From Bacteroidota bacterium (GTDB lineage: Bacteria > Bacteroidota > Bacteroidia > Bacteroidales > FEN-979), in the NCBI GenBank assembly GCA_037141915.1, contig JBAXBP010000001.1, positions 1,267 to 65,266 of the forward strand: a DNA stretch of 64,000 nucleotides, read 5' to 3'. Within the stretch, counting starts at the first letter, position 1; every line of letters starts with the position of its first letter. The notes under the pieces are model-generated. The model worked only from the letters and a program-made list of their open reading frames with translations, was not told where the DNA came from and did not search any database. Shown here piece after piece: positions 16,208 through 25,439 of this stretch. The position numbers were made by a program, and so were the translations under genes.

Positions 16208-16834
16208 ATGCAGAAGCTGCTTTCGTTTACTATTACGGCTCTTCTACTTCAAATGCTTTCATTGACGGCAGAAGCACAGTCCTGGAACTTCATCAAAGAG
16301 AAGGAAGGGTTCAGGCTTTATACCCGGCAGGAGGCAAAGAGTTCGTTTAAATCATTCAGGGGGGAAGCTGAGATCAGGGCCGATCTGGATAAGGTGAGTT
16401 CCCTTATTGGCAATATCAAAAACCTCGACTGGTGGGGAGATGATGTGCATGACATCACTGTACTTGCTTTTGAAAAGGACAGGCACATCAGGTATTATTT
16501 TGTGTACGATGTTCCCTGGCCATTCACTGATCGGGACCTTGTTGCCGATGTCACAATTTCTGAAGATTCGGCTACCGGGATACGCACCGTTTATTCTCAT
16601 CCTTTGCCTGATGTTGTCCCTGAAAAGGCGGGATTGATCCGTGTTACAAATTACTGGCAGAAGTGGACCATACAGCCCTTAAAAAACGGGATGATCCATC
16701 TTACCCTTGAAGGTTTTATTGATCCTGCAGGGAGCGTGCCTGCCTGGTTGTATAACATGGTTATCATTGATACACCACTGAGGCTTTTACGGGAGGTTGA
16801 GAAGAGGGTTCAAACAGAGCAGGACCCCGGCTGA
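16208..16834 (+). CDS. Secreted START/SRPBCC-like lipid-binding domain protein
   Basis: Signal peptide MQKLLSFTITALLLQMLSLTAEAQ. The ~185-aa body has START-like features (...FRLYTRQEAKSSFKSFRGEAEIRADLDKV..., ...VPWPFTDRDLV..., ...GSVPAWLYN...). Confidence 0.6.
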   Translation: MQKLLSFTITALLLQMLSLTAEAQSWNFIKEKEGFRLYTRQEAKSSFKSFRGEAEIRADLDKVSSLIGNIKNLDWWGDDVHDITVLAFEKDRHIRYYFVYDVPWPFTDRDLVADVTISEDSATGIRTVYSHPLPDVVPEKAGLIRVTNYWQKWTIQPLKNGMIHLTLEGFIDPAGSVPAWLYNMVIIDTPLRLLREVEKRVQTEQDPG

Positions 16835-16881
16835 AACGCTGAAAATTGTTTCTCCCGGAGTGGATCCGACTGGTTAATAAA

Positions 16882-17700
16882 TTACTGCCTGAAAACCCTG
16901 GTAAGAAATGCCTTCATGTCGTTCCACGAAGCTTTGTCAGCTTCAGCATTATATTGAATCGGAAGATTGAACTCTTTTCCAAGCTTGGTAGCAGCGGGGT
17001 TTGTGAAGGCATGGGTTGCATTGGCGTAGGTCTTAAAAATATAATCGGCATGAATGGAATCCATCTGGTGTTTGAAGGTTTCAACATCATGCTGTGAAAC
17101 CGATTTGTCGCTGCCTCCATGGCATATAAGTATTTTGGCTTTTAATGACTTCGGATTTGGGGGCACACCTGCCAATCCGCCGTGGAAACTGACAACTCCT
17201 TTCAGATCGGCTCCAAGTTTGGTATAATTAAGTACCATAGAACCTCCGAAGCAATATCCTATGGCAGCAATATTCCCGGCATCAGCCAGGGGATATTCTT
17301 TGACCTTGTCAATTGCAGCATCAAGCCTGGCCTTTGCCAGAGTGGGATCCTTATAAAACTGTGAAGTCAGCTGCCTTGCACCGGCAGGATCTGAGGCAGT
17401 ATCTCCATTACCGAACATATCGACAGCCATGGCCAGGTAGCCTAATTCGGCCAGTTGTCTTGCCCGCATTTTTGAATAATCATTCATGCCCCACCATTCA
17501 TGGACGACGAGAACAACAGGTCGTTTCCCTTTTTTGGTTTCATCCCATGCGATAAATCCCTTCAGGGTAACGCCACTGGCTGAATAATTCACGCTTTCTT
17601 CTTTGAGCTTTGATGCCATGGTTTTTGAATATGAGAATAAGAGTATTGTAACGATGAGTGCAGAGGTAAGGATGCAATGAAAAATATTTTTTGCTTTCAT
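16882..17700 (-). CDS. Dienelactone hydrolase family protein (exported)
   Basis: Signal peptide. ...RPVVLVVHEWWGMNDY..., nucleophile context AAIGYCFGG and ...ICHGGSDK...HAF. This is the alpha/beta hydrolase DLH pattern. Confidence 0.85.
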   Translation of the reverse strand: MKAKNIFHCILTSALIVTILLFSYSKTMASKLKEESVNYSASGVTLKGFIAWDETKKGKRPVVLVVHEWWGMNDYSKMRARQLAELGYLAMAVDMFGNGDTASDPAGARQLTSQFYKDPTLAKARLDAAIDKVKEYPLADAGNIAAIGYCFGGSMVLNYTKLGADLKGVVSFHGGLAGVPPNPKSLKAKILICHGGSDKSVSQHDVETFKHQMDSIHADYIFKTYANATHAFTNPAATKLGKEFNLPIQYNAEADKASWNDMKAFLTRVFRQ

Positions 17701-18037
17701 TTTTTTAAGATTCAGAATAAACGGTCAATAAGAATTTAGAACAAAGGTAAAGGGAAGACAAGCCTGCTTAGTGTGATTACAGCTCAATTATATAAAAGGA
17801 TTATACCTCAATGTGAAGGTAGTGGTTTTTCAATCAATTCTCCGGGGAATCGAACAAATTTGTTGCAGGAAATCCCAAAAAAAATACAAGTGCATTTTTT
17901 TTCGCAATAAATACTAAAGCACGAAGCATTTAAGCTGATTCATTCTGAAATTCTGCAAAAGAGATGCGGTCCTTCGCGGATTCCCGTTTTTACTCCCCTT
18001 GTTTGCGAGCTAATTTTATGCAATCAAATTCCAGGGT

Positions 18038-19165
18038 ATGAAAAAGTTTCTCATTTTATCGTTGGCAGTGTTTTTATTGAAAAGCATGATGGCAATGAAT
18101 TTCGCAGGTTCAACGGAACCGCTGGCCGGCAGTTTAAATAACAATCCCGACACTGTCAAAAAGAATGCGGCTCACCCATACCATGGTTTTCCCGGGCAAC
18201 GTAAATCCGCAGTCAAAAAAAAGGTTCTGCCAATCGGCACTTTGAAGATCAGGACTGAAATCCCTGCCAGTTTTTCTTATGATAAAGATTCAACTCTCAC
18301 ACTTACTCCTTATCATCTCGTAGTAATTTACAAGGTTCCTGTCGGACCACATACACTTACATTCCGTGATTCACTTATGGAGCGCAGTAAAACGATAATG
18401 GTCGACACCGCTACCACCGGATATTATAAATTGCTTAAGGATTCGACCATCTCCGATTCGGTCAGCAGGGGAAAATTCGATCCGGGCCATAAGCAACATA
18501 TGGTCTTACGTTATGAGCCATTCAAGCATGCCATAAGTTTTGATTTTCTTCCGGGTGCCTTTTTTAACGGGAGGGGAATTGGCCCGAATATCAGGTTTGA
18601 GATCGGTTATAATGTCAGCAGGGTTCTGAAGCTGGGTATCGGTACAGGCTACGCTTACTACACTACCCATCTGAAATATACAGAATGGGAATGGTTCGTG
18701 CCGTCAGGTACCTATGAATCGGAAAACTTCGGGTTTCCTTTTATTCCCCTGTACCTGGATATTGCACTGAACTTTAAATCCAACAGGACCACGACCTTTT
18801 TAAGCTTTAATATTGGCGCCAGTTTTCCATTGGCCGGATCTATAAACTGCAAAGCTACCTACAACGGATCTTCATACGATGCATCAACGTATTATCTGAA
18901 GATCGACAAGATCCAGGCAGGACTTTATTTTGGAATCGGAGCCGGTATGAAATACTTTTTCACTCCCTTTTTCGAAGGAGGTGTGGCTGCCGGCTTTAAT
19001 ATGAGCATCAATGCTGTCAGCGGCAATTACTACAATGACCAGGCTTATACAGAGTATGCCTACCCTCATGCAGCACCTCACGCCACGACAGGTCTCGGGA
19101 TCAACCTCATGTTCGGATTTAACCTGGATACAAGGAAATCTCAGGGGAGGCCGCCGTCATGGTGA
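18038..19165 (+). CDS. Exported protein, PEGA-like N-domain plus Gly/aromatic-rich (beta-barrel-like) C-terminal half; function unknown
   Basis: Signal peptide MKKFLILSLAVFLLKSMMA. The segment LKIRTEIPASFSYDKDSTLTLTPYHLVVIYKVPVGPHTLTFRD resembles a PEGA domain. The C-terminal half alternates G/Y/F-rich strands. First gene of an apparent operon with two radical SAM genes (gaps of 43 and 18 nt). Confidence 0.5.
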   Translation: MKKFLILSLAVFLLKSMMAMNFAGSTEPLAGSLNNNPDTVKKNAAHPYHGFPGQRKSAVKKKVLPIGTLKIRTEIPASFSYDKDSTLTLTPYHLVVIYKVPVGPHTLTFRDSLMERSKTIMVDTATTGYYKLLKDSTISDSVSRGKFDPGHKQHMVLRYEPFKHAISFDFLPGAFFNGRGIGPNIRFEIGYNVSRVLKLGIGTGYAYYTTHLKYTEWEWFVPSGTYESENFGFPFIPLYLDIALNFKSNRTTTFLSFNIGASFPLAGSINCKATYNGSSYDASTYYLKIDKIQAGLYFGIGAGMKYFFTPFFEGGVAAGFNMSINAVSGNYYNDQAYTEYAYPHAAPHATTGLGINLMFGFNLDTRKSQGRPPSW

Positions 19166-19208
19166 GACCCGGTAATTCAGGAGGGATATCTTTTAAGTCA
19201 TAACGATC

Positions 19209-20540
19209 ATGGAAAAAGATATAGAACTGCTGTTAATTATCCCTTCGGCCCTTGACAGGCAGGGGAATCCTGTCAGGCATAAAAAATTGCTGCTTCCATC
19301 CATTACCATGCCCATGCTTGCCGCTGTCACTCCCGCCGGTGTTTCAATAACCATTATTTATGAGACCATTGAAGATATTCCCTTCGGGAAAAAATGGGAC
19401 CTGGTGGGTATTTCAGGAATGGGGTCCGGATCAGTGAGGGCCTGGCAGATCGCTGATGCATTCAGGGAAAACGGAGTCAAAACGATCATCGGCGGGATTG
19501 GGCCGAGTTTGTTTGATCCTGAAATGACGCTCAGGCATGCCGATTGCATCGTTATCGGAGAAGCCGAGGAAATATGGGGCGAGGTTATTGAGGATTTCAG
19601 ATCGGGGAGGCTTCAACGTATTTACAGGCAGGAACGCGCATCGGATCTAAGCACCTTGCCCACCCCTAGGTTTGACCTGATGAACATGAAGAAAATGGGA
19701 TTTATGCGCAGCGTGCAAGCGACAAGGGGATGCCCGTATACCTGCAGGTTCTGCTCAGTTTCGGCATTCTACCATGGCGCATACAGGAAAAGGCCTGTAG
19801 ATAAAGTAATACAGGATGTAAGGGCCGCAAAAAAAACGGGCAGCAGGTTCGTGGTGTTTCTCGACGATAATATATTCTTTGACCATGAGTATAACAGGGA
19901 ACTATGGACGGCATTGATACCGGAGAAGATCATCTGGATCAGTTCGGCAACGATACATATTGCAGATTACCCCGCAATGCTTGAACTGGCTTATAAAAGC
20001 GGCTGCCGCATGCTTTCGGTCGGGATTGAAACCCTTGACAAACAAAACCTGAAAACCGTGCATAAAAACTGGAACCATCCCGGTGAATATATCCGGGCCG
20101 TTGAGATCCTGAGGGCTAATCACATCATGGTATCGGCTTCGATCATGCTGGGAATGGACCATGATACAAAAGAAACTTTTAACCATGTGTTCGAATTCCT
20201 GATGGAAGGCTGTGTCCCTATCCCCCGCATCATGATCATCACCCCGATCCCGGGAACGCCATACTTTTCGGAACTTGAAAAGGAAAACAGGATCATCAAC
20301 CATGACTTCAGCAAGTATACCGGGGGAATAGTCGTATTCCAGCCTAAGAACATGAATGCGGAAGAACTGGAAGAGGGATACTGGAAAATGTATTCGGAAG
20401 TATTTACTCCGAAAAATATATTCCGGCGGATGTCAAAAAATATTACCGGGCAGAACCCCATGATCATCGCGGGGCTGTTTGTAACCAACTTCAACTATCG
20501 CAAGCAAATACAAAAACGGGTTGTTCCCGGGATCACCTGA
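19209..20540 (+). CDS. Class-B (B12-binding domain) radical SAM enzyme
   Basis: N-terminal Rossmann-like B12-binding domain (...DLVGISGMGSGSVRAWQIADAFRENGVKTIIGGIGPS...). The radical SAM cluster motif RGCPYTCRFCSV (CxxxCxxC) is encoded at 19731..19754. A C-terminal helical extension follows. Confidence 0.85.
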   Translation: MEKDIELLLIIPSALDRQGNPVRHKKLLLPSITMPMLAAVTPAGVSITIIYETIEDIPFGKKWDLVGISGMGSGSVRAWQIADAFRENGVKTIIGGIGPSLFDPEMTLRHADCIVIGEAEEIWGEVIEDFRSGRLQRIYRQERASDLSTLPTPRFDLMNMKKMGFMRSVQATRGCPYTCRFCSVSAFYHGAYRKRPVDKVIQDVRAAKKTGSRFVVFLDDNIFFDHEYNRELWTALIPEKIIWISSATIHIADYPAMLELAYKSGCRMLSVGIETLDKQNLKTVHKNWNHPGEYIRAVEILRANHIMVSASIMLGMDHDTKETFNHVFEFLMEGCVPIPRIMIITPIPGTPYFSELEKENRIINHDFSKYTGGIVVFQPKNMNAEELEEGYWKMYSEVFTPKNIFRRMSKNITGQNPMIIAGLFVTNFNYRKQIQKRVVPGIT

Positions 20541-20558
20541 TCCACATACAAAAACAAA

Positions 20559-21935
20559 ATGGAATCAAAAGCAAAAACCATAGCGGTGATTAACACCCTG
20601 GCCAATGTGTACTCGGAACACAGGGAATATACAGGCTTCTTTTCAAAGATCAGGACAGCCGAGTGGAGCAATATCTTTGTTTCACCTGCTGTGTTACTGA
20701 TTGCGACAATCCTGAAGCAGGCGGGGCATCAGGTTGCTATATACAATGATGTTAATAATGAGGTGGCCCCTGAGAACATACACGAGGAGATTATCCTGAT
20801 CTCCAGTATCACTCCATCGGCAAAAAGGGCATATGAAATCGCCGGGCTCTTCCCCGGCAGGAAGATTATTCTGGGTGGAGTGCATGTTTCGGTGCTTCCC
20901 GAAGAAGCCGCTCAATATGCCGATCACGTGGTGGTAGGTGAATGTGAACATATCCTGGCCGACCTGGTTGAAGGAAGGATAAAAGATAAAATCGTGTATT
21001 GCGAAAAAGTGCAGGACCTTGATGGCCTGCCTTTCCTCGACCATTCCCTGCTGAAGAATTTGCCCGATATAGTACCGGTGCAATCTTCGCGCGGCTGCAA
21101 TTTCAAATGCAATTATTGCACGGTTGCTTCCATGTACGGCCGGTACCGGTCGCGAAGCCCAGAAAACATTATCAGGGAGTTATTGCAATTTACAGAAACA
21201 TACGGGAAGATCAATAAAATCGATTTCAGGATAGACGCTGATTTTACCTTCATAAGAAAAAGGGCTATTGAAATTATTGGCAGGATGAAAGCCGAAGGGA
21301 TAAAGCCCAAAGCTATAGCAGCCAATTCGCGGCTGCAGGTATATAAAGATCACGAGTTGCTTTCCTGCCTGTCGGATCAGAATGTCACTCTTTGCATCGG
21401 CATTGAATCCCTGGACCAGGATACACTTGACAGCTACTGCAAGGAACAGAAAGAATCGGAAATCCTCGAGGCTATTAAAACCTTCCATGACTATAATATC
21501 AAGGTTATGGGATATTTGATTTTCGGCTCGGACCGGGATACCAAAGATACCCTGAAGCGCTATTCCGAATTCATTCATAAATCGGCTATTGATTTTTTCC
21601 AGGTTTCCCTGCTAACTCCTTACCCCGGGACCGGCCTGTACAGGAATCTACTATCACAAAAAAGGATATTCACTACAGACTGGGCCTATTATGACGGACT
21701 GCACATTACGTTTCACCCGGCGATGATGAGCGCTTACGAGATGCAAACCGAATTCCTGGATTTTTACCAGAAAGAGTTTTCATTAAAATTCCTTCTGAAC
21801 CCGAGATGGCTTTTCAATATGGAAATCCTGCAAAATAAATTTCTTATCTACACCCTGAAAAAAATGTTTGCCGAAGACATGATCAGGTATTCAAGTTATC
21901 TGAAAACATTGGACGACAAGGCAATTGAGTTTTAG
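20559..21935 (+). CDS. Class-B (B12-binding domain) radical SAM enzyme, paralogue of the preceding gene
   Basis: Same architecture. ...IILISSITPSAKRAYEIAGLFPGRKIILGGVHVS..., and the CxxxCxxC motif RGCNFKCNYCTV is encoded at 21096..21119. Confidence 0.85.
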   Translation: MESKAKTIAVINTLANVYSEHREYTGFFSKIRTAEWSNIFVSPAVLLIATILKQAGHQVAIYNDVNNEVAPENIHEEIILISSITPSAKRAYEIAGLFPGRKIILGGVHVSVLPEEAAQYADHVVVGECEHILADLVEGRIKDKIVYCEKVQDLDGLPFLDHSLLKNLPDIVPVQSSRGCNFKCNYCTVASMYGRYRSRSPENIIRELLQFTETYGKINKIDFRIDADFTFIRKRAIEIIGRMKAEGIKPKAIAANSRLQVYKDHELLSCLSDQNVTLCIGIESLDQDTLDSYCKEQKESEILEAIKTFHDYNIKVMGYLIFGSDRDTKDTLKRYSEFIHKSAIDFFQVSLLTPYPGTGLYRNLLSQKRIFTTDWAYYDGLHITFHPAMMSAYEMQTEFLDFYQKEFSLKFLLNPRWLFNMEILQNKFLIYTLKKMFAEDMIRYSSYLKTLDDKAIEF

Positions 21936-21954
21936 AAGCAATAATTGGATGCAA

Positions 21955-21983
21955 TAAAAAAGGCGGCACAAGGCCGCCCTTTC
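21955..21983. terminator. Bidirectional intrinsic terminator between convergent genes
   Basis: AAAAA-GGCGGC-ACAAG-GCCGCC-CTTT: a 6-bp GC stem flanked by an A-run and a T-run. It lies between the stops at 21935 (+) and 22004 (-). Confidence 0.6.
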
Positions 21984-22003
21984 CTGTAAATCCTTCAATG
22001 TCC

Positions 22004-23482
22004 TCACCTTTTCACTAATTTTCTTACCTGGACTTTGTCATCCGCAGTTAGTTTTATAAGGTAAACACCCTGTGCAAGTTTGCTTATATCAACCCTTGTT
22101 GTAGTCTGATCAAGAACCTGTTGCAGCAATTCCCGCCCGTTGAGATCGAGAATTGACATATGACCTGGTGAAGACTGCCCTGAAGCTTTAATGATTATTT
22201 GATCTGTTGCAGGATTAGGGGCCACAGAAAAAATTCCTGCGTTTGATTCTTTACTTTCAATGCCGTTGAGGAAGGATCTGAAACCGGCTTCGAAACGGTG
22301 AATGTCAGAGAAATAGTCTATGTAATTTTGTTGTGAGTAGATAAATATGAATCCCATATCGGGAATCCAGGAACCGCCTTGCAAAGATTCAAACTTCCCG
22401 CTGAGGGAATTCCCGTTTGCATCGTAAGTGTAGGTATAACGTGAATCATTGATCCAGCTGTCGTATAACCAGTCCTGCATAAGTAAAGTCAGCATATTCC
22501 CGTTTGAGTCGTATGTATAAGCATATCTCCATAAATACATCCAGCCGTTACTCTGCCAAAGTTCGTCCAGTTCGGTAAGCATTGCGCTGTTTGCATTATA
22601 AGTCCAGGTATATCTCCAATCATTCTCCCATGCATTTTGAACCCATTGTTCATCCAATTCGGAAGTTTGATTTCCTTTTGTGTCGTACGTATAAGAATAC
22701 CTTGAATAGTTCCTCCATTCTATACTTACAGTACTCATGTTGATCTCCCTCAATTCAGTTAATAAATTAAAGCCTGCATCATAGGTATAAGTAAACCGCC
22801 ACATCGAAATCCAGGCACTGCCGTTCCATTGTTCATCAAGCTCGGTCAGCATATTTCCATTGTTATTATACGTATAGGTGTACCTCGAGGAATTTACCCA
22901 GTTGGTGTTCCAATCTTCATAAAGTTCGGTAAGCATGTTCCCGCCTGTGTCGTAAGTGAAGCTATACCTGGCATTATTCACCCATGCGGTGCCCGAATTT
23001 GATTCTAACAGCTCAGTCAGAAGATTTCCCCCTGAATCCCAGGTCAATGTGATTCTCGAAAAGCCCCGCCACATGTCAACAGACCAAATCTCTTGTAATC
23101 CCGACAAAGGCAGCCCGCTTGCATTATAAGTGAATGATATCCTGTACTCATTAGCCCAGGAATTGGATTGCCATTTTTTAGCAAGTTGGGTCAGGATATT
23201 GCCATTTGCATCAAAAGTTTTTGTGAGATTTTCAAACAACCCCAATGTATCATAAGTGACAATGGAATCCCAATCCCATCTGAGGGATTTGGATTTTGAT
23301 AGCATTATTTCATTTAACCGTGTTTGCAGATGACTGCTCCCGTTAATCCGGATGTGCACGATTTTGGCAGGTTTTTCACTACCCTTTCCAATCCTGATCC
23401 CTGGTCTTTCATGCTTTGTGTGACTACTTGCAAAGGAAATGCTGCAGAGGAAAATAAAACATAAAAAAAGTAAATTTTTCAT
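22004..23482 (-). CDS. Secreted repeat protein (YD/RHS-like ~28-aa repeats) with T9SS C-terminal sorting domain
   Basis: Signal peptide. About 11 tandem units of the form RY(S/T)(F/Y)TYD..GN.LTEL.E.W....W... C-terminus IFSVAPNPATDQIIIKASG...GVYLIKLTADDKVQVRKLVKR. Confidence 0.75.
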   Translation of the reverse strand: MKNLLFLCFIFLCSISFASSHTKHERPGIRIGKGSEKPAKIVHIRINGSSHLQTRLNEIMLSKSKSLRWDWDSIVTYDTLGLFENLTKTFDANGNILTQLAKKWQSNSWANEYRISFTYNASGLPLSGLQEIWSVDMWRGFSRITLTWDSGGNLLTELLESNSGTAWVNNARYSFTYDTGGNMLTELYEDWNTNWVNSSRYTYTYNNNGNMLTELDEQWNGSAWISMWRFTYTYDAGFNLLTELREINMSTVSIEWRNYSRYSYTYDTKGNQTSELDEQWVQNAWENDWRYTWTYNANSAMLTELDELWQSNGWMYLWRYAYTYDSNGNMLTLLMQDWLYDSWINDSRYTYTYDANGNSLSGKFESLQGGSWIPDMGFIFIYSQQNYIDYFSDIHRFEAGFRSFLNGIESKESNAGIFSVAPNPATDQIIIKASGQSSPGHMSILDLNGRELLQQVLDQTTTRVDISKLAQGVYLIKLTADDKVQVRKLVKR

Positions 23483-23866
23483 AAGGACCTCCTTTTAATT
23501 TATCTGTTATTAACAAAACCTTGTTTATTGCATGAATTTCATTTATACCTGAAATCACGCTCAAACAAATTTAAGACCGGAGGGATACCGGAAGAAACGG
23601 AATACTGCAAAGGTGTTGCAGGTTCAGGGAAGAATCGCGAATCCCCCGGAGGATTTCCAGGGATTATGCATCAATCACTGCGCAGATTGCCGGGAGAAAG
23701 AAAAAAGACAGTAATGTTTTGAAAAATCGCAAAACGTTTTCTTGAATTTTGCATTTATTGCAAAAGAAATTTCAATCAAACCCTGTAAATCCCGGTCATA
23801 TCGGGCAGAACCCGGGTCAGGAGTTCTGCCCCGGGCGTTCATGCCGGTCTGCTTCAGTTCTACCTG

Positions 23867-24850
23867 TTATTTCTTCGCTGGCGTGTAAACTACCACCTCA
23901 TTTTTAATGGGCTTCGTGGTCTTCAGGTAAGCAAAAACAGCCTGAAGGTCCTTGTCGGTCATTTTGCCGTACATAGTCCAGGGCATGATTGAATTGAATT
24001 TCCCCGGTTCAACTTTGGTGTTAAGGGTCAGGGAGTCGCTGTGGATTCGGAAATAATGGATGAACATGTCATCTTTCCAGGCTCCGATTCCTGTTTGTTC
24101 ATCGGGTGTGATATTGCTTGATCGAACTATCGAACCATCAGGGAAAGGGAATTCCCTCCCTCCTCCGAATTCAGTTCCTGCAACCAGGCTGCCTTTGTCG
24201 ACTTTGGTATGGCAATCCACGCAGGCTGCTGCCGTGGTCAGGTATTTCCCATAATTCACCACATCGGTTTCCTGAGGAAGCTTGGAAGGGGTGGCTTTAT
24301 GAGGCATTGTGTTAATGATGAAATTCATAGGGAAATCGGATGATGATTCGGGGACCTGGTTTTTTATTGGTTTCAGGGTCCTGAGATAAGCAATAATACA
24401 TTTTATGTCTTCTTCGTCCATCAGGCCGTAATAATGGTAAGGCATTACCGGAAAAATAGCTTTGCCTTTTTTGGAAACCCCGGTGGTGATGGCCCTGAAG
24501 AGTTCTCCGTCAGAATTATTGGCTATCCCTTCGGGGGTGATATTGGTAGCATAATATACCCCGGGAAAACCGAATTTCTGATCAAATACGTCACCTCCCA
24601 TTCCTATTGTTCCTTCCATCGGAGGACCTGAAAATCTTGACCAGTCGCGTTTTGAATGGCAATCGATACAAATAGTCACATGATTGGCAAGGTATTCCCC
24701 CCTGGCGATCCTTTCGGGGGTCAATTCGACCTTTAGATCCGGCGCAGATCCGACATTGGGCAGGGCAAACCTCAGGTAACAAAGGGCCACAGCCAAAACA
24801 ATAACAATGATTATTACAATCCAGAGTAAAATCTTCTTTGCTTTTTTCAT
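23867..24850 (-). CDS. Membrane-anchored dihaem c-type cytochrome
   Basis: N-terminal TM segment (ILLWIVIIIVIVLAVALCYL). Two CxxCH motifs (CIDCH, CVDCH), each in a ~140-aa cytochrome c domain with a distal Met region (FPVMPYH, SIMPWTMYG). Confidence 0.8.
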   Translation of the reverse strand: MKKAKKILLWIVIIIVIVLAVALCYLRFALPNVGSAPDLKVELTPERIARGEYLANHVTICIDCHSKRDWSRFSGPPMEGTIGMGGDVFDQKFGFPGVYYATNITPEGIANNSDGELFRAITTGVSKKGKAIFPVMPYHYYGLMDEEDIKCIIAYLRTLKPIKNQVPESSSDFPMNFIINTMPHKATPSKLPQETDVVNYGKYLTTAAACVDCHTKVDKGSLVAGTEFGGGREFPFPDGSIVRSSNITPDEQTGIGAWKDDMFIHYFRIHSDSLTLNTKVEPGKFNSIMPWTMYGKMTDKDLQAVFAYLKTTKPIKNEVVVYTPAKK

Positions 24851-24945
24851 AGTTCCGGTTTTAAAGGATTAATGATTAAACGATTTTATTCTGAATGCGG
24901 AATGGTATAGTAATCCCAGGAAAGTGCGGTGATGATCATTGCATT

Positions 24946-25419
24946 TCAGTTTAGTTTGAAAAACGCTGCATTCAGTATTGTTGCAAAACTAACCCAAAGA
25001 AAATAAGGGATATTAATATAGGCTGCGGCGGGCTTGATCCTGTAAAAGAGTGAGATCATAACGGGTATGCATAGCCAAAGAATTACGATATCCATCAGAG
25101 CAAGCCCGATGTGCTTAAAATAGAAAAAGAAGAAACTCCAGGCAAAGTTAAGGAGGAGCTGAATGAAATAAACGGCAAGGGCCCATGATTTCGCCTTACT
25201 TGCCGGCTGGCACCAGATCAGGTAAAATGAGACTCCCATCAGGATGTATAAAACAGTCCAAACAGGACCAAAAATCCAGTTTGGCGGGCTTATGGCCGGG
25301 GAGGTCAGTGAAGCATACCATACAGGTATTGCATTTGAAGTGAAGAAGCCTGAAACGGCTCCGATCAAAAGCGGTAAAGAAAGGGAAATAAGAAGCCTGA
25401 TAATATTCATGGTCTTCAT
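24946..25419 (-). CDS. tspO: TspO/MBR tryptophan-rich sensory protein
   Basis: 157 aa with 5 TM segments and Trp-rich motifs (PPNWIFGPVWTVLYILMG, LLLNFAWSFFFF, IPYFLWVSFATILN). Confidence 0.85.
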   Translation of the reverse strand: MKTMNIIRLLISLSLPLLIGAVSGFFTSNAIPVWYASLTSPAISPPNWIFGPVWTVLYILMGVSFYLIWCQPASKAKSWALAVYFIQLLLNFAWSFFFFYFKHIGLALMDIVILWLCIPVMISLFYRIKPAAAYINIPYFLWVSFATILNAAFFKLN

Positions 25420-25439
25420 GCGGGCGGATTGAAGTTCAT

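Noticed and set aside
17701-18037. Possible cobalamin riboswitch or precursor-peptide gene upstream of the B12-radical SAM operon
   Set aside because: I saw no B12-box-like sequence or conserved riboswitch helices. The only small ORF (about 25 codons from ~17964, MRSFADSRFYSPCLRANF...) overlaps the next gene start and has no supporting features.
23483-23866. 384-bp spacer with track ORF 23528..23722 and a GGGAAG...AATCC stretch superficially like a cobalamin riboswitch core
   Set aside because: The ORF is basic and low-complexity with no start context. The riboswitch-like words are on the plus strand whereas both flanking genes are on the minus strand, and the remaining conserved elements are absent.
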